Virus record (IMG/VR): IMGVR_UViG_3300015610_000633
Span: 1 to 64,000 of that record
Strand: one strand, 5' to 3'
Source of the DNA: a virus
Taxonomy: Duplodnaviria > Caudoviricetes
Length of the DNA: 64,000 bases
Each line of letters opens with the position of its first letter. The first letter of the stretch is position 1. Below are positions 27,664 to 35,933 of this stretch, piece by piece. The translations under genes and the position numbers were made by a program. Below the pieces are notes generated by a model, which was given only the letters and a program-made list of their open reading frames with translations, ran no database searches and was not told the DNA's origin.

Positions 27664-27673
27664 ATTATGCAGC
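27664..27673 (-). promoter_or_regulatory. GCTGCATWAT promoter motif (leaderless spacing)
   Basis: Overlaps the Ala-Ala-stop of the MTase-helicase; ATG 6 nt downstream. Confidence 0.65.
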
Positions 27674-30600
27674 GCTATCCCGTTGCAATAGCTCGAACAA
27701 CATCTTGCCAATATTATCGAAGCCAATGTTCAATACATCTTCACTCGAAGCACCCGCGGCTTCAAGGGCTGACTCACCACTAAGCCCGTCAGTCTGCAAA
27801 CTGACCGCTACCTTAGCCATGAGCAACGATTGAAGCTGTTCTTGCAATGACCCGGTGTATATGGGTATTAGCATTCGAGTAGGTTGGGTTTGTCCTATTC
27901 GATCAATACGACCGTTAGCTTGTCGCATTATTTCGGGGTTGCATGCTGGATTCTCAAACCAAATAGCCGTACTAAACGAAACCAGGTTGTTGATGCCTGT
28001 CTTGACCCCAACCGGGTTCAACACCAACACACGCTTACCCGGCTTCAATACGTTCGTTTCAATCCAGCTTTCACGCTCATGCGGCGGCACCTTACGCGAC
28101 TCAAGCAATGCAACGGGTTCACCAATATTTTCTTCAATGACCCGCTTCAATCTTGGCAATAGTTCAACATGATACCCGTACACAATGACTTTGCGACCTT
28201 CACATAGTTCGGCTTTCACCCTTTCAATCAACCATTGCTCTTTGGGCAACAACGATCGATTCATCGGTGGTTCACTTGCGACAATATCACCGCCCATATT
28301 TTCGGGATATCTAATCACGTATTCACCACCCGTTGTATTGCCGGCATCGGGAACACATCGATCCAAGAATGAAGGTAGTTCTGACATTTGACCCCATAGC
28401 TTGCCGTTGCGTTCGGTAAACATGTCAGAAGATATTTGAGCCTTCAACGCCGTCAACAATCTTTCATATGCTTCACGTTGCTCGGGTAGCATTGCAACAC
28501 GAATGGTTTCTTGTGTGCTAGGCGGTAGGTCAAGTTGAAGATCTTCTTTGTGCAATGTGACCGCGATCGGTAGAAGATGTTTGATTACTAGCAGCGGCAA
28601 TACTCCCGGTGCGACCCCCACCTTTCGCGCGCTAGTAACTACCCGATCGGATTGAATCCCATATTCTACCGATTTTTTCTTACCATCACCTAGTTCAACC
28701 ACCTGTTTTCGATAACCATATCGATCAACAAATCGTTCAACATCTTCGCGCTCGAACTCACTCCTGAACCGTTGCGACATGTACCAAAGGTTGGCAAACA
28801 ATGAATGAGCGTAACCGTTCATGATTGAACCTGTCATCAATAGAGTAGGCTTACCAAGTTGAACAAGTCGGTGTGCTGCTTTCTCTTGTGCACTACCATC
28901 GGCCGAATATTCATGACCCTCGTCTAGAATCAAAAAATCAAAACAATGTTTTGCATGTTTCGCAATATAGGTACTAAGAGCAATACGCCTCGGTTTGGGT
29001 GTCGAATAATACAACGGTTCACCGCATTCTTTCACCCGCGTTAGTCCGCAAAAACTAACCAAGAACTTCAACACATCAAGCAATGCTTCACTTGAACGTT
29101 GACGCCTGTAAACAAAAATATTGTTATTCAATGTCAATGAACATTCGGGTTCAATACTCTTCAAATGTTCGGGAACAACCACACCCTTCAACTCACACGC
29201 CTTATTGCATAGGTCAACAATACTAAACACCCATTGTTTGGATTCATATTTATTCATTGCTTTCTCGATTCTATTGACCCGATTCAACACATCAACGAAA
29301 TCATCACACACGGCTGCTATTAGTTTCAATGTATTTACAATGAATAGTTCGCGAATATCATTGTTCACCTGTTGTATTGATTCAATCATTTGAACCATCA
29401 ACCGTTCGAGTGCAGGCAAACCCCGAACATGATTTTCAATCATAGTTTTGTTTTCATCAACCGTATATTTATCAACGCTTGACCGCTTACGATATACCCC
29501 TTGAGGCAATAGCATTTTGATCGTTTCGTCGTTTGAATACGCCGCATTCAAACACCGAGCAAGCTTCACAACACTATCGGCCCACGGATGCGGGTCGCTA
29601 CCCACTTGCGACAACATGACAGTGTTTGAACACTTCTCACGCTTGCGTGCATAATCTTTGCGCTCAATCGGCAAACCACATGATGGGCATATATTCGAAA
29701 CCGAACCCTTTTCATGATCTAGTTTTGCCGCCTCTCTCGACAATATACCGAGTGCAAAACCATTCATTGAACTGAACTCTTCAATGTCCTGTATTGATTG
29801 CAATACTTTGGTGTTATTACGACCAAACACCTCTGTGTATTGATTCTGCCATGATTGCAACAAGTGGGGCGGACACATGACAATCACTCGTTCAGCCTTC
29901 AACATCTTAGCAACAACCAATGATACGGTTGACTTACCACAACCGATCTCACCTAGTAGGATTGCACTGGTCGCTTTAGTCTCTTTGCTTTGATCTGAAA
30001 ACAACTTTACCAATGCTCGAACAGTATGTGATTGCGCGGTGTACAATCGTCTTCGTGTTCTTGGCAGTATGTATTGACTCGCATCGGCAGGGGTATAGTT
30101 CACAGGGCATTGTTCGAGCATTACGCGCAACATGTCTCGACTGTAATAATACAATAGATCCGCCACTGTCATTTCACTTACCGATGACAGTTTTTCGTTC
30201 ACAATCACACCTTGCGGTAGCTGTCGCAATACTTTGTTTTCAAGATCAAATACTGTCACGGTTAGCTTCGGTTGTTGTACCTGAACCAATGATGTGACAG
30301 TACCCGATTTGTCTGCATTCTCTTTGATTGTCCTGAACTCTTTGTCAAACACGCCCTTCACTAGCAATGGTGGCAACCCTTTTGTGTTCGGCATTATTCG
30401 TGCCCCATTGAAGACACCCGCTGCAACTGCAGTCGCTACATGCGCAGGCTTAGGGCTTGCCGCTAGTGGGTAAGATTGCTGCAACAATGAATCAATATTT
30501 TTTTGCGGGTATGTATTACGACCAGCGATCGCTGAACCTTTCTTACCTGTGAAATGAAAGGGTACATGTTGCAGCATAACATCGGCTTCATTTATTTTTC

Positions 30601-31375
30601 GTATATCAAAGTTCGTGATCCATTCGTTATTATTATCAACCTGATATTCGATTACTTCCATTGATTCAATGTTGGGTATTGTATCGGGTTCGGTTGCCCA
30701 CCTTTCAACATTTCGAGAAATGAACCAATCGGGTATCACTCGGGTCATTGTTCGACGCGCTACAACGATCACCTGTTTGAATAGATCATATTCAGGGTTC
30801 GGGAACTTATAGCATTGCACCGATTCATAATGCATTGCGAGGGTTCTAACACTGGCAATCAATGCATAATAAGGCACAACGAAAAACAACAATGAATACG
30901 GGTTCAACCATCGTGTGACATGTCGAAGAAACGCTTCTTCTGTTCTTCGGTACAATCGATCATGATCATAAGGGGGGTTCAACCAACATATGCCCAACCC
31001 CTTAGACCGATGCGAAGATATACTGCACAACAATGCATTAGCGTTCACCACAACACTCGTATCATACATTTTTCGTTCTTTGCTTAGTTCAACACCGAAT
31101 AGTTCGGCGCATTGTTTAGCTCTATCACCTTCAAGTTCGATTGCTCGGGTGAATACCCAGCCCTTACAGTTTTCGCTTATTTGATTTTCAACATGGGCTT
31201 GCAATGACTTGATCGCATGACCTTCACCCGCGCAAGGGTCGATTATTGTAACGGCGGGATATGACCATCGACTACCGGTGAATGATTCGGGCTTTAGCTT
31301 ACTCGCCACCATATCAACCACTCGTGAAGGTGTTGCGAAGTATCCCGAAACCGCTTGTGATTCAAGTCGTGCCAT
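27665..31375 (-). CDS. N6-adenine DNA methyltransferase-like domain fused to a SNF2-type helicase (DarB/DUF6094-like)
   Basis: DPCAGEG SAM-binding and LNPPY catalytic motifs in the N-terminal 250 aa; GEIGCGKS, DEGH, MTGS, GINNL, QANGRIDRIGQ helicase motifs. Confidence 0.82.
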   Translation of the reverse strand: MARLESQAVSGYFATPSRVVDMVASKLKPESFTGSRWSYPAVTIIDPCAGEGHAIKSLQAHVENQISENCKGWVFTRAIELEGDRAKQCAELFGVELSKERKMYDTSVVVNANALLCSISSHRSKGLGICWLNPPYDHDRLYRRTEEAFLRHVTRWLNPYSLLFFVVPYYALIASVRTLAMHYESVQCYKFPNPEYDLFKQVIVVARRTMTRVIPDWFISRNVERWATEPDTIPNIESMEVIEYQVDNNNEWITNFDIRKINEADVMLQHVPFHFTGKKGSAIAGRNTYPQKNIDSLLQQSYPLAASPKPAHVATAVAAGVFNGARIMPNTKGLPPLLVKGVFDKEFRTIKENADKSGTVTSLVQVQQPKLTVTVFDLENKVLRQLPQGVIVNEKLSSVSEMTVADLLYYYSRDMLRVMLEQCPVNYTPADASQYILPRTRRRLYTAQSHTVRALVKLFSDQSKETKATSAILLGEIGCGKSTVSLVVAKMLKAERVIVMCPPHLLQSWQNQYTEVFGRNNTKVLQSIQDIEEFSSMNGFALGILSREAAKLDHEKGSVSNICPSCGLPIERKDYARKREKCSNTVMLSQVGSDPHPWADSVVKLARCLNAAYSNDETIKMLLPQGVYRKRSSVDKYTVDENKTMIENHVRGLPALERLMVQMIESIQQVNNDIRELFIVNTLKLIAAVCDDFVDVLNRVNRIEKAMNKYESKQWVFSIVDLCNKACELKGVVVPEHLKSIEPECSLTLNNNIFVYRRQRSSEALLDVLKFLVSFCGLTRVKECGEPLYYSTPKPRRIALSTYIAKHAKHCFDFLILDEGHEYSADGSAQEKAAHRLVQLGKPTLLMTGSIMNGYAHSLFANLWYMSQRFRSEFEREDVERFVDRYGYRKQVVELGDGKKKSVEYGIQSDRVVTSARKVGVAPGVLPLLVIKHLLPIAVTLHKEDLQLDLPPSTQETIRVAMLPEQREAYERLLTALKAQISSDMFTERNGKLWGQMSELPSFLDRCVPDAGNTTGGEYVIRYPENMGGDIVASEPPMNRSLLPKEQWLIERVKAELCEGRKVIVYGYHVELLPRLKRVIEENIGEPVALLESRKVPPHERESWIETNVLKPGKRVLVLNPVGVKTGINNLVSFSTAIWFENPACNPEIMRQANGRIDRIGQTQPTRMLIPIYTGSLQEQLQSLLMAKVAVSLQTDGLSGESALEAAGASSEDVLNIGFDNIGKMLFELLQRDSAA

Positions 31376-31393
31376 GTTGTGTTCTTGTCTTTC

Positions 31394-31413
31394 ACGTCTA
31401 ACCGGGTAGACGT
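31394..31413. repeat. 20-bp palindrome copy 8
   Basis: Exact match; 5 nt downstream of a promoter motif, upstream of the MTase-helicase. Confidence 0.97.
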
Positions 31414-31418
31414 CAACC

Positions 31419-31428
31419 ATTATGCAGC
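31419..31428 (-). promoter_or_regulatory. GCTGCATWAT promoter motif
   Basis: Followed by palindrome copy 8. Confidence 0.65.
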
Positions 31429-31443
31429 GCAGTCCGCAACTTT

Positions 31444-32064
31444 CTAACGCTTCGCTACCATGTTGATTGAAGAAAGAACCTTAGCGGCTGCAAGATGCAA
31501 TGAACCAATGGTTGAATCATTCACTATGATGTAATCACCTTTGATTCGAACCATCTCGGTTTCGCTTTGGTGTGTGTCGTTACTGACTAGCGAAGGGCGG
31601 GTTACTTGAACAATGTAACCACCCGACTCGCGTATAGCTTGCGCCTCATTCAAGAACCTACAATCACCGATTACAACGCCTTCAACCGGGTACATTTCTG
31701 AACCCATAGTTGACCGCCCCGTTATTCGATTATATTTCAGGTTTCGGGACAATATTTCGTTTGCGTAATCAACCGTATAGTTAGCCCATAGGTTTTTGTT
31801 GAACTGATTACGCATGCCTTCGGTACCAAGTTTTTGCAACACTTCGCGTATCGTCGCGTTGAAGTAAGGTACTTTCAAGTTACGGTTCTCACTATCACCC
31901 CACAACGTTTCTTCACAGAACACACCGGGGAACCCCCACAACAACATTCTTTTCAAAGGGTCAGCGAAGTTCATTACTTCGCAGTTCATTTGTTTGAAGG
32001 CTTGGCACAATGTTGATTTACCCGAACCCGCTTTACCTGTTACACCGATGATTGCACGCTTCAT
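31444..32064 (-). CDS. Deoxynucleoside monophosphate kinase
   Basis: GKAGSGKST, FADPLK, REVLQKLGTE..R, DCRFLNEA, HQSE. Confidence 0.88.
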   Translation of the reverse strand: MKRAIIGVTGKAGSGKSTLCQAFKQMNCEVMNFADPLKRMLLWGFPGVFCEETLWGDSENRNLKVPYFNATIREVLQKLGTEGMRNQFNKNLWANYTVDYANEILSRNLKYNRITGRSTMGSEMYPVEGVVIGDCRFLNEAQAIRESGGYIVQVTRPSLVSNDTHQSETEMVRIKGDYIIVNDSTIGSLHLAAAKVLSSINMVAKR

Positions 32065-32903
32065 TTTGAGATCTCCGTTTGATTTACTACCCGAGCAACT
32101 ACTGCTTCGAATGCTTCCTGATTACTGCGACATTGCAGACATTCAACAAAACCCAATGCTTCGTTGTCACTTGTAAACACCGGGCCATTTTCGCCGAATG
32201 TCTCGCGTTGATATTTATTAGCCGACGAATATCTAACAATGCCAGCTTTCAAACATTCCAAGAACAACCGAACTTGAAACCGAAGTGAAGGCAATATTGG
32301 AACACGCGACCGACGATCGGCATATAGGCAAAATGTGGTTGCACAATACACCAATGAGTTGGCTCGCTCATGCCATTTACGTTCATTGTAATCGGCGTTT
32401 TGCCAATATGTTTCCAATATCGTTTTGCACCATTCGCCAATATACGGATCAACTTTAGCTATTATTTCATTTTGATTATCACACCAATGCCTAACCACGG
32501 GTGCAACGAACTTGATTTCATCGGGGTCAATCAAACCGGGATCTTGTTCAATCAAATCATTGTTGAATATTTGCACTGTTGAGCCTTCGGGCATGTGTTG
32601 CCAATAAAAAGACCACTTAGTTTTCTTGGTAAGTTCAAGCGTCGGATAAGGGTTAGTATGTGCCCTTCGATTGATCGGACGATCAATCAACCAAAGTTTT
32701 CGGCCTGTCTTCATATTTGCCACAATAGCCCGAAGTGATGATTCGTCGCCGAGCAATACAGCGTATGTCGGGTTCATTATCTTGTCATCGCTCTTATAGC
32801 CTTCAAGCATTGACGAAACAACCGAGCCAACAAGGCGGGCTTCGAAAGCCCGACCCTTTGAACCCGCTCGCTCAACTCTAACCCGTTCACTCATGCCCAC
32901 CAT
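32061..32903 (-). CDS. Hypothetical protein, first gene left of the origin-like region
   Basis: 280-aa ORF directly after a GCTGCATTAT motif; probable start at 32894. Confidence 0.65.
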   Translation of the reverse strand: MVGMSERVRVERAGSKGRAFEARLVGSVVSSMLEGYKSDDKIMNPTYAVLLGDESSLRAIVANMKTGRKLWLIDRPINRRAHTNPYPTLELTKKTKWSFYWQHMPEGSTVQIFNNDLIEQDPGLIDPDEIKFVAPVVRHWCDNQNEIIAKVDPYIGEWCKTILETYWQNADYNERKWHERANSLVYCATTFCLYADRRSRVPILPSLRFQVRLFLECLKAGIVRYSSANKYQRETFGENGPVFTSDNEALGFVECLQCRSNQEAFEAVVARVVNQTEISK

Positions 32904-32911
32904 AATGCAGC
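32902..32911 (-). promoter_or_regulatory. GCTGCATWAT promoter motif (leftward from the origin-like region)
   Basis: ATG at 32894, 7 nt downstream. Confidence 0.65.
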
Positions 32912-32914
32912 ATA

Positions 32915-33265
32915 CTTCGAAACCGTAACAAGAAATCGGATCAAAAAATCACGTCTACCCGGTTAGACGTCGGGGCGGGGGGTTGGGGGGTTGGGGCACC
33001 CTGCTTCGGCGTTCCGCCGTTGTTGGCCATGGTTGATTCACGAAAACATCGGGGTTCGTTTTTCCCTTCTCCCCCTGCACCCCCTTATCCCTTTTCAAGA
33101 TTTCACTTCGTGAAATCTTAAGTTTTTGATCTCTTTGATCTTTTTTGATCTTCGGATCTATATGGATCTTAGATCTTATTATTAAGATCAAAAGACTAAC
33201 CGCGCGCATACATACACGCGTGCGCGTACACATACGCGAGAGAAACACAGCGACATATTTTTGAA
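32915..33265. other. Candidate replication origin / divergent control region
   Basis: Largest gene-free stretch; lies between divergent promoters; contains a palindrome copy, two G4 motifs, seven GATC sites in 62 bp and a 38-bp alternating RY tract. Confidence 0.5.
32951..32970. repeat. 20-bp palindrome copy 9
   Basis: Exact match; in the origin-like region next to a G4 motif. Confidence 0.97.
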
Positions 33266-33269
33266 CTAC

Positions 33270-33279
33270 GCCGCATAAT
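33270..33279 (+). promoter_or_regulatory. GCCGCATAAT promoter variant (rightward)
   Basis: Flips strand together with the only plus-strand gene; second ATG 6 nt downstream. Confidence 0.6.
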
Positions 33280-33960
33280 ATGAATATGTTCGCTCACGAG
33301 ATCTCACCCGACTTCAACTCAAAACGGTTCACAATCAAAGACTACTTGACGGTTACGGCTGACAAAAAGCTAGGATATGCCCTAATCTTGGGCAGCAAAG
33401 ATCCTAACACTGAGCTAGGCCGGTTTGAAAAGATAGCCGTTGATCAACGTCGCCCCCCTGCAATGGAGTTGCAGCCATGGCGAGACAAAAGCAATCGTTC
33501 ACGGTGGTCAATACGAATGGCTCAATATAGGCAATATGCGCTTGAGAGCGGAACCGTGAAGGTTGGGTTGATAGCTCCTGATCTCAAGTGGGTAGACTCA
33601 GATAATGATCAACTTCTTGTGCGAATCAACACACACATGAAGGGCAACCCTTCGGAACTGGCAAGGGAAGGAACGATCGACATTCTAACCCCTTCACTTG
33701 CCATTAGAGTCGCCGATCCCGCATGGCATCAGTTCGGTGCCCATAAAGCACAAGATTGGCTTCTACGTCTCAAGCCAGGGGCCATAGTTTCTATTCATTG
33801 CGATCACGTCGGTATTAGACCTGTGTACGTGGTCTATATCGATGATGAACTAAAGTTGAACCCCCACATGTTGCCCGAACCATCACCACCCCCTTCACGC
33901 ATTCATTGGTTAGATACTAACCCGATCAATGCCACATGCACCACCTTCGCAGGTTTCTAG
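33280..33960 (+). CDS. Hypothetical protein, the only credible plus-strand gene
   Basis: 226-aa ORF directly after a GCCGCATAAT motif on the plus strand; no long minus-strand ORF occupies this space. Confidence 0.65.
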   Translation: MNMFAHEISPDFNSKRFTIKDYLTVTADKKLGYALILGSKDPNTELGRFEKIAVDQRRPPAMELQPWRDKSNRSRWSIRMAQYRQYALESGTVKVGLIAPDLKWVDSDNDQLLVRINTHMKGNPSELAREGTIDILTPSLAIRVADPAWHQFGAHKAQDWLLRLKPGAIVSIHCDHVGIRPVYVVYIDDELKLNPHMLPEPSPPPSRIHWLDTNPINATCTTFAGF

Positions 33961-35853
33961 TTCAAGTTCAGTATGGTGTTCGTCTAGCGCTCGATTCTCA
34001 TCGATCTTCGATGCCATTTGCAAATATGTATCAGAATCAATCACTTCAAGCGGCGCCTGCTGATACATGTTTTCTTTGCGCAAGAACGAACACGACTTCA
34101 TTTCACGAACATGTTTCTTCAACATATTCGCTAGTTGTTCTTCTTCACCGTCCCCATATTCCACGGTTATGCTTGTTGCATTATCCACCCAAGATCTTTG
34201 TACCGCTAGTTGACGGTTTATTTGATCTTCAACGGTTTCGAGCGATGACACTTTAGCGTGACTAGCTATGCGGCAACGAATCGGGAACGAGAACACAACC
34301 CGACCATTAGGTGAATACACATCGGGTTCACAATGAACACCCGCGCTCTTCAACACTTCAATCATGGGATCACCCACATTGAACCGAATGCGCCGAATGA
34401 TGTATTCACCTTTGGGTGAATGAATACCAGGGTTTGAACCGGTTAGCAGACTGATAGAACCCGAAGGCTTGACGGTTGTAACGGTGATCGGGTGTGCAAC
34501 ACCGAGTTCATCGGCATATGAATCGGCTTCTTCTCTCGCTGCGCGGTAGTAACTTCGAAGAAGCTGTTCATTCCATTCAAAGTCACACAAGCCACCCATA
34601 CCCAAACCGACACGCATATTCATTCGGCGGGTTTCGTCTGAAGTCTTATCGGGCAAAGGTGCCAATCGTTGACGCAAGCAATAACGAATCATCAACCTAA
34701 TCACTTCAGTACCAACCACAATATCACGCCAGTTACCGGGGAACACTTCGGCAAGGTTGCAAGCTTCACGATGGTGAAGCAGTTGTTCACCGCATGGGTT
34801 TACTGCAACCACACCGGGATCGTTTTGACGCCCTCGCCAAAGGTTCAGAAAACCAGGATCGCCAAAATCTCGATTGTCTTCAACCAGACTAAGCCAATCA
34901 AAATCATCAAACTGGTTTTCATCGGTGAACATAATCGAGTTATTCGACGCCCAACGATGCGACTCAACAGCAGCGCGATCTTGTTTGGCTTTTCTGAAAT
35001 AACTGTCATTAGGATCACCGAGTACAATGATCGCGGAACGTCGCACATTGCCCGATTGAACACATACGCCGATCCAATCAATAACATCAGTCCACTCGAC
35101 CGATCGAAGTTGTCGACCCCTTGCGCCTCTAACAATGTTCCAAACGTTCACCAACAACTGGCACAATGACACAGGCCCCGAAGCAATACCCCCAAACGTT
35201 TTCAACGTTGCGCCGAATGGTCGAACTTTGGAAACATCAACGATGATTGAACTACCCAAGAACGCGCTCATTACAACTTCGCGAAAGCATTCAACCCAAC
35301 CTTCGCGTGAATCTTTGACTTGAATGACCCGACACTCAGAACGAGCGCCGCCAAGTTCGTTCAAACCCGATCCATATTTCATAACCTTAGAATAATCGGC
35401 ATGATTAGGATCACATGTGATCGTAAGGTTACAAGGTGTCATTCTAACCGCGTTGATCTTATCAATCGGAGCAAGGGAAACACCAACACCGCCCCCAAGC
35501 ATAAGTTGAGTCATAGCCCAACAAAGATCATCAACCGAACGCAGTTCACACGCCCAACAGTTGTAACGCGCACCGACTGGCATATTAGGAACGCCACCCG
35601 TCCACAACCCGCGACCCGGTGGTAGCGCGTAACCTTTCCACATTACATCAAACAACTTTTCAGCTTCTTGAAGGGAAACACCACCGCACTCGTTTACATT
35701 CCCTTCAACCGTACGCTTGATGGTATCAGTCCACGATTCACCATCGCGGCTGTAATGACCTTTGAAGACTATTCGAGACAACAAACCGGGGAAGTTGTCT
35801 TTCTTTGCGTAATAGGGGGCCAAGAACTGTTTTGACAGAGCGATCGCAGTCAT
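33910..35853 (-). CDS. nrdJ: Class II (B12-dependent) ribonucleotide reductase
   Basis: PPGRGLW, NPCGE, CNLAE, GLGMGG, TTVKPSGSISLL and C-terminal CEGGAC; no NrdB or activase nearby. Confidence 0.88.
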   Translation of the reverse strand: MTAIALSKQFLAPYYAKKDNFPGLLSRIVFKGHYSRDGESWTDTIKRTVEGNVNECGGVSLQEAEKLFDVMWKGYALPPGRGLWTGGVPNMPVGARYNCWACELRSVDDLCWAMTQLMLGGGVGVSLAPIDKINAVRMTPCNLTITCDPNHADYSKVMKYGSGLNELGGARSECRVIQVKDSREGWVECFREVVMSAFLGSSIIVDVSKVRPFGATLKTFGGIASGPVSLCQLLVNVWNIVRGARGRQLRSVEWTDVIDWIGVCVQSGNVRRSAIIVLGDPNDSYFRKAKQDRAAVESHRWASNNSIMFTDENQFDDFDWLSLVEDNRDFGDPGFLNLWRGRQNDPGVVAVNPCGEQLLHHREACNLAEVFPGNWRDIVVGTEVIRLMIRYCLRQRLAPLPDKTSDETRRMNMRVGLGMGGLCDFEWNEQLLRSYYRAAREEADSYADELGVAHPITVTTVKPSGSISLLTGSNPGIHSPKGEYIIRRIRFNVGDPMIEVLKSAGVHCEPDVYSPNGRVVFSFPIRCRIASHAKVSSLETVEDQINRQLAVQRSWVDNATSITVEYGDGEEEQLANMLKKHVREMKSCSFLRKENMYQQAPLEVIDSDTYLQMASKIDENRALDEHHTELELETCEGGACGIDRVSI

Positions 35854-35889
35854 GATTTTTCTCCTGAACACACGGTGTGAACCGCTGCA

Positions 35890-35899
35890 ATAATGCAGC
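35890..35899 (-). promoter_or_regulatory. GCTGCATWAT promoter motif (nrdJ)
   Basis: GCTGCATTAT inside the inverted repeat CGCTGCA-ataa-TGCAGCG. Confidence 0.6.
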
Positions 35900-35908
35900 G
35901 AACTACAC

Positions 35909-35928
35909 ACGTCTAACCGGGTAGACGT
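35909..35928. repeat. 20-bp palindrome copy 10
   Basis: Exact match; upstream of nrdJ. Confidence 0.97.
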
Positions 35929-35933
35929 CACTG

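Noticed and set aside
32955-33248. 97-aa minus-strand ORF as a functional gene
   Set aside because: It has no ATG or RBS, and its sequence is dictated by the repeat elements. It is kept only as a possible initiator-gene relic.
15587-35853. Inteins or introns in polB, the helicases or nrdJ
   Set aside because: The ORFs are continuous and of ordinary length, with no C...HN splice junctions or LAGLIDADG/HNH insertions seen.
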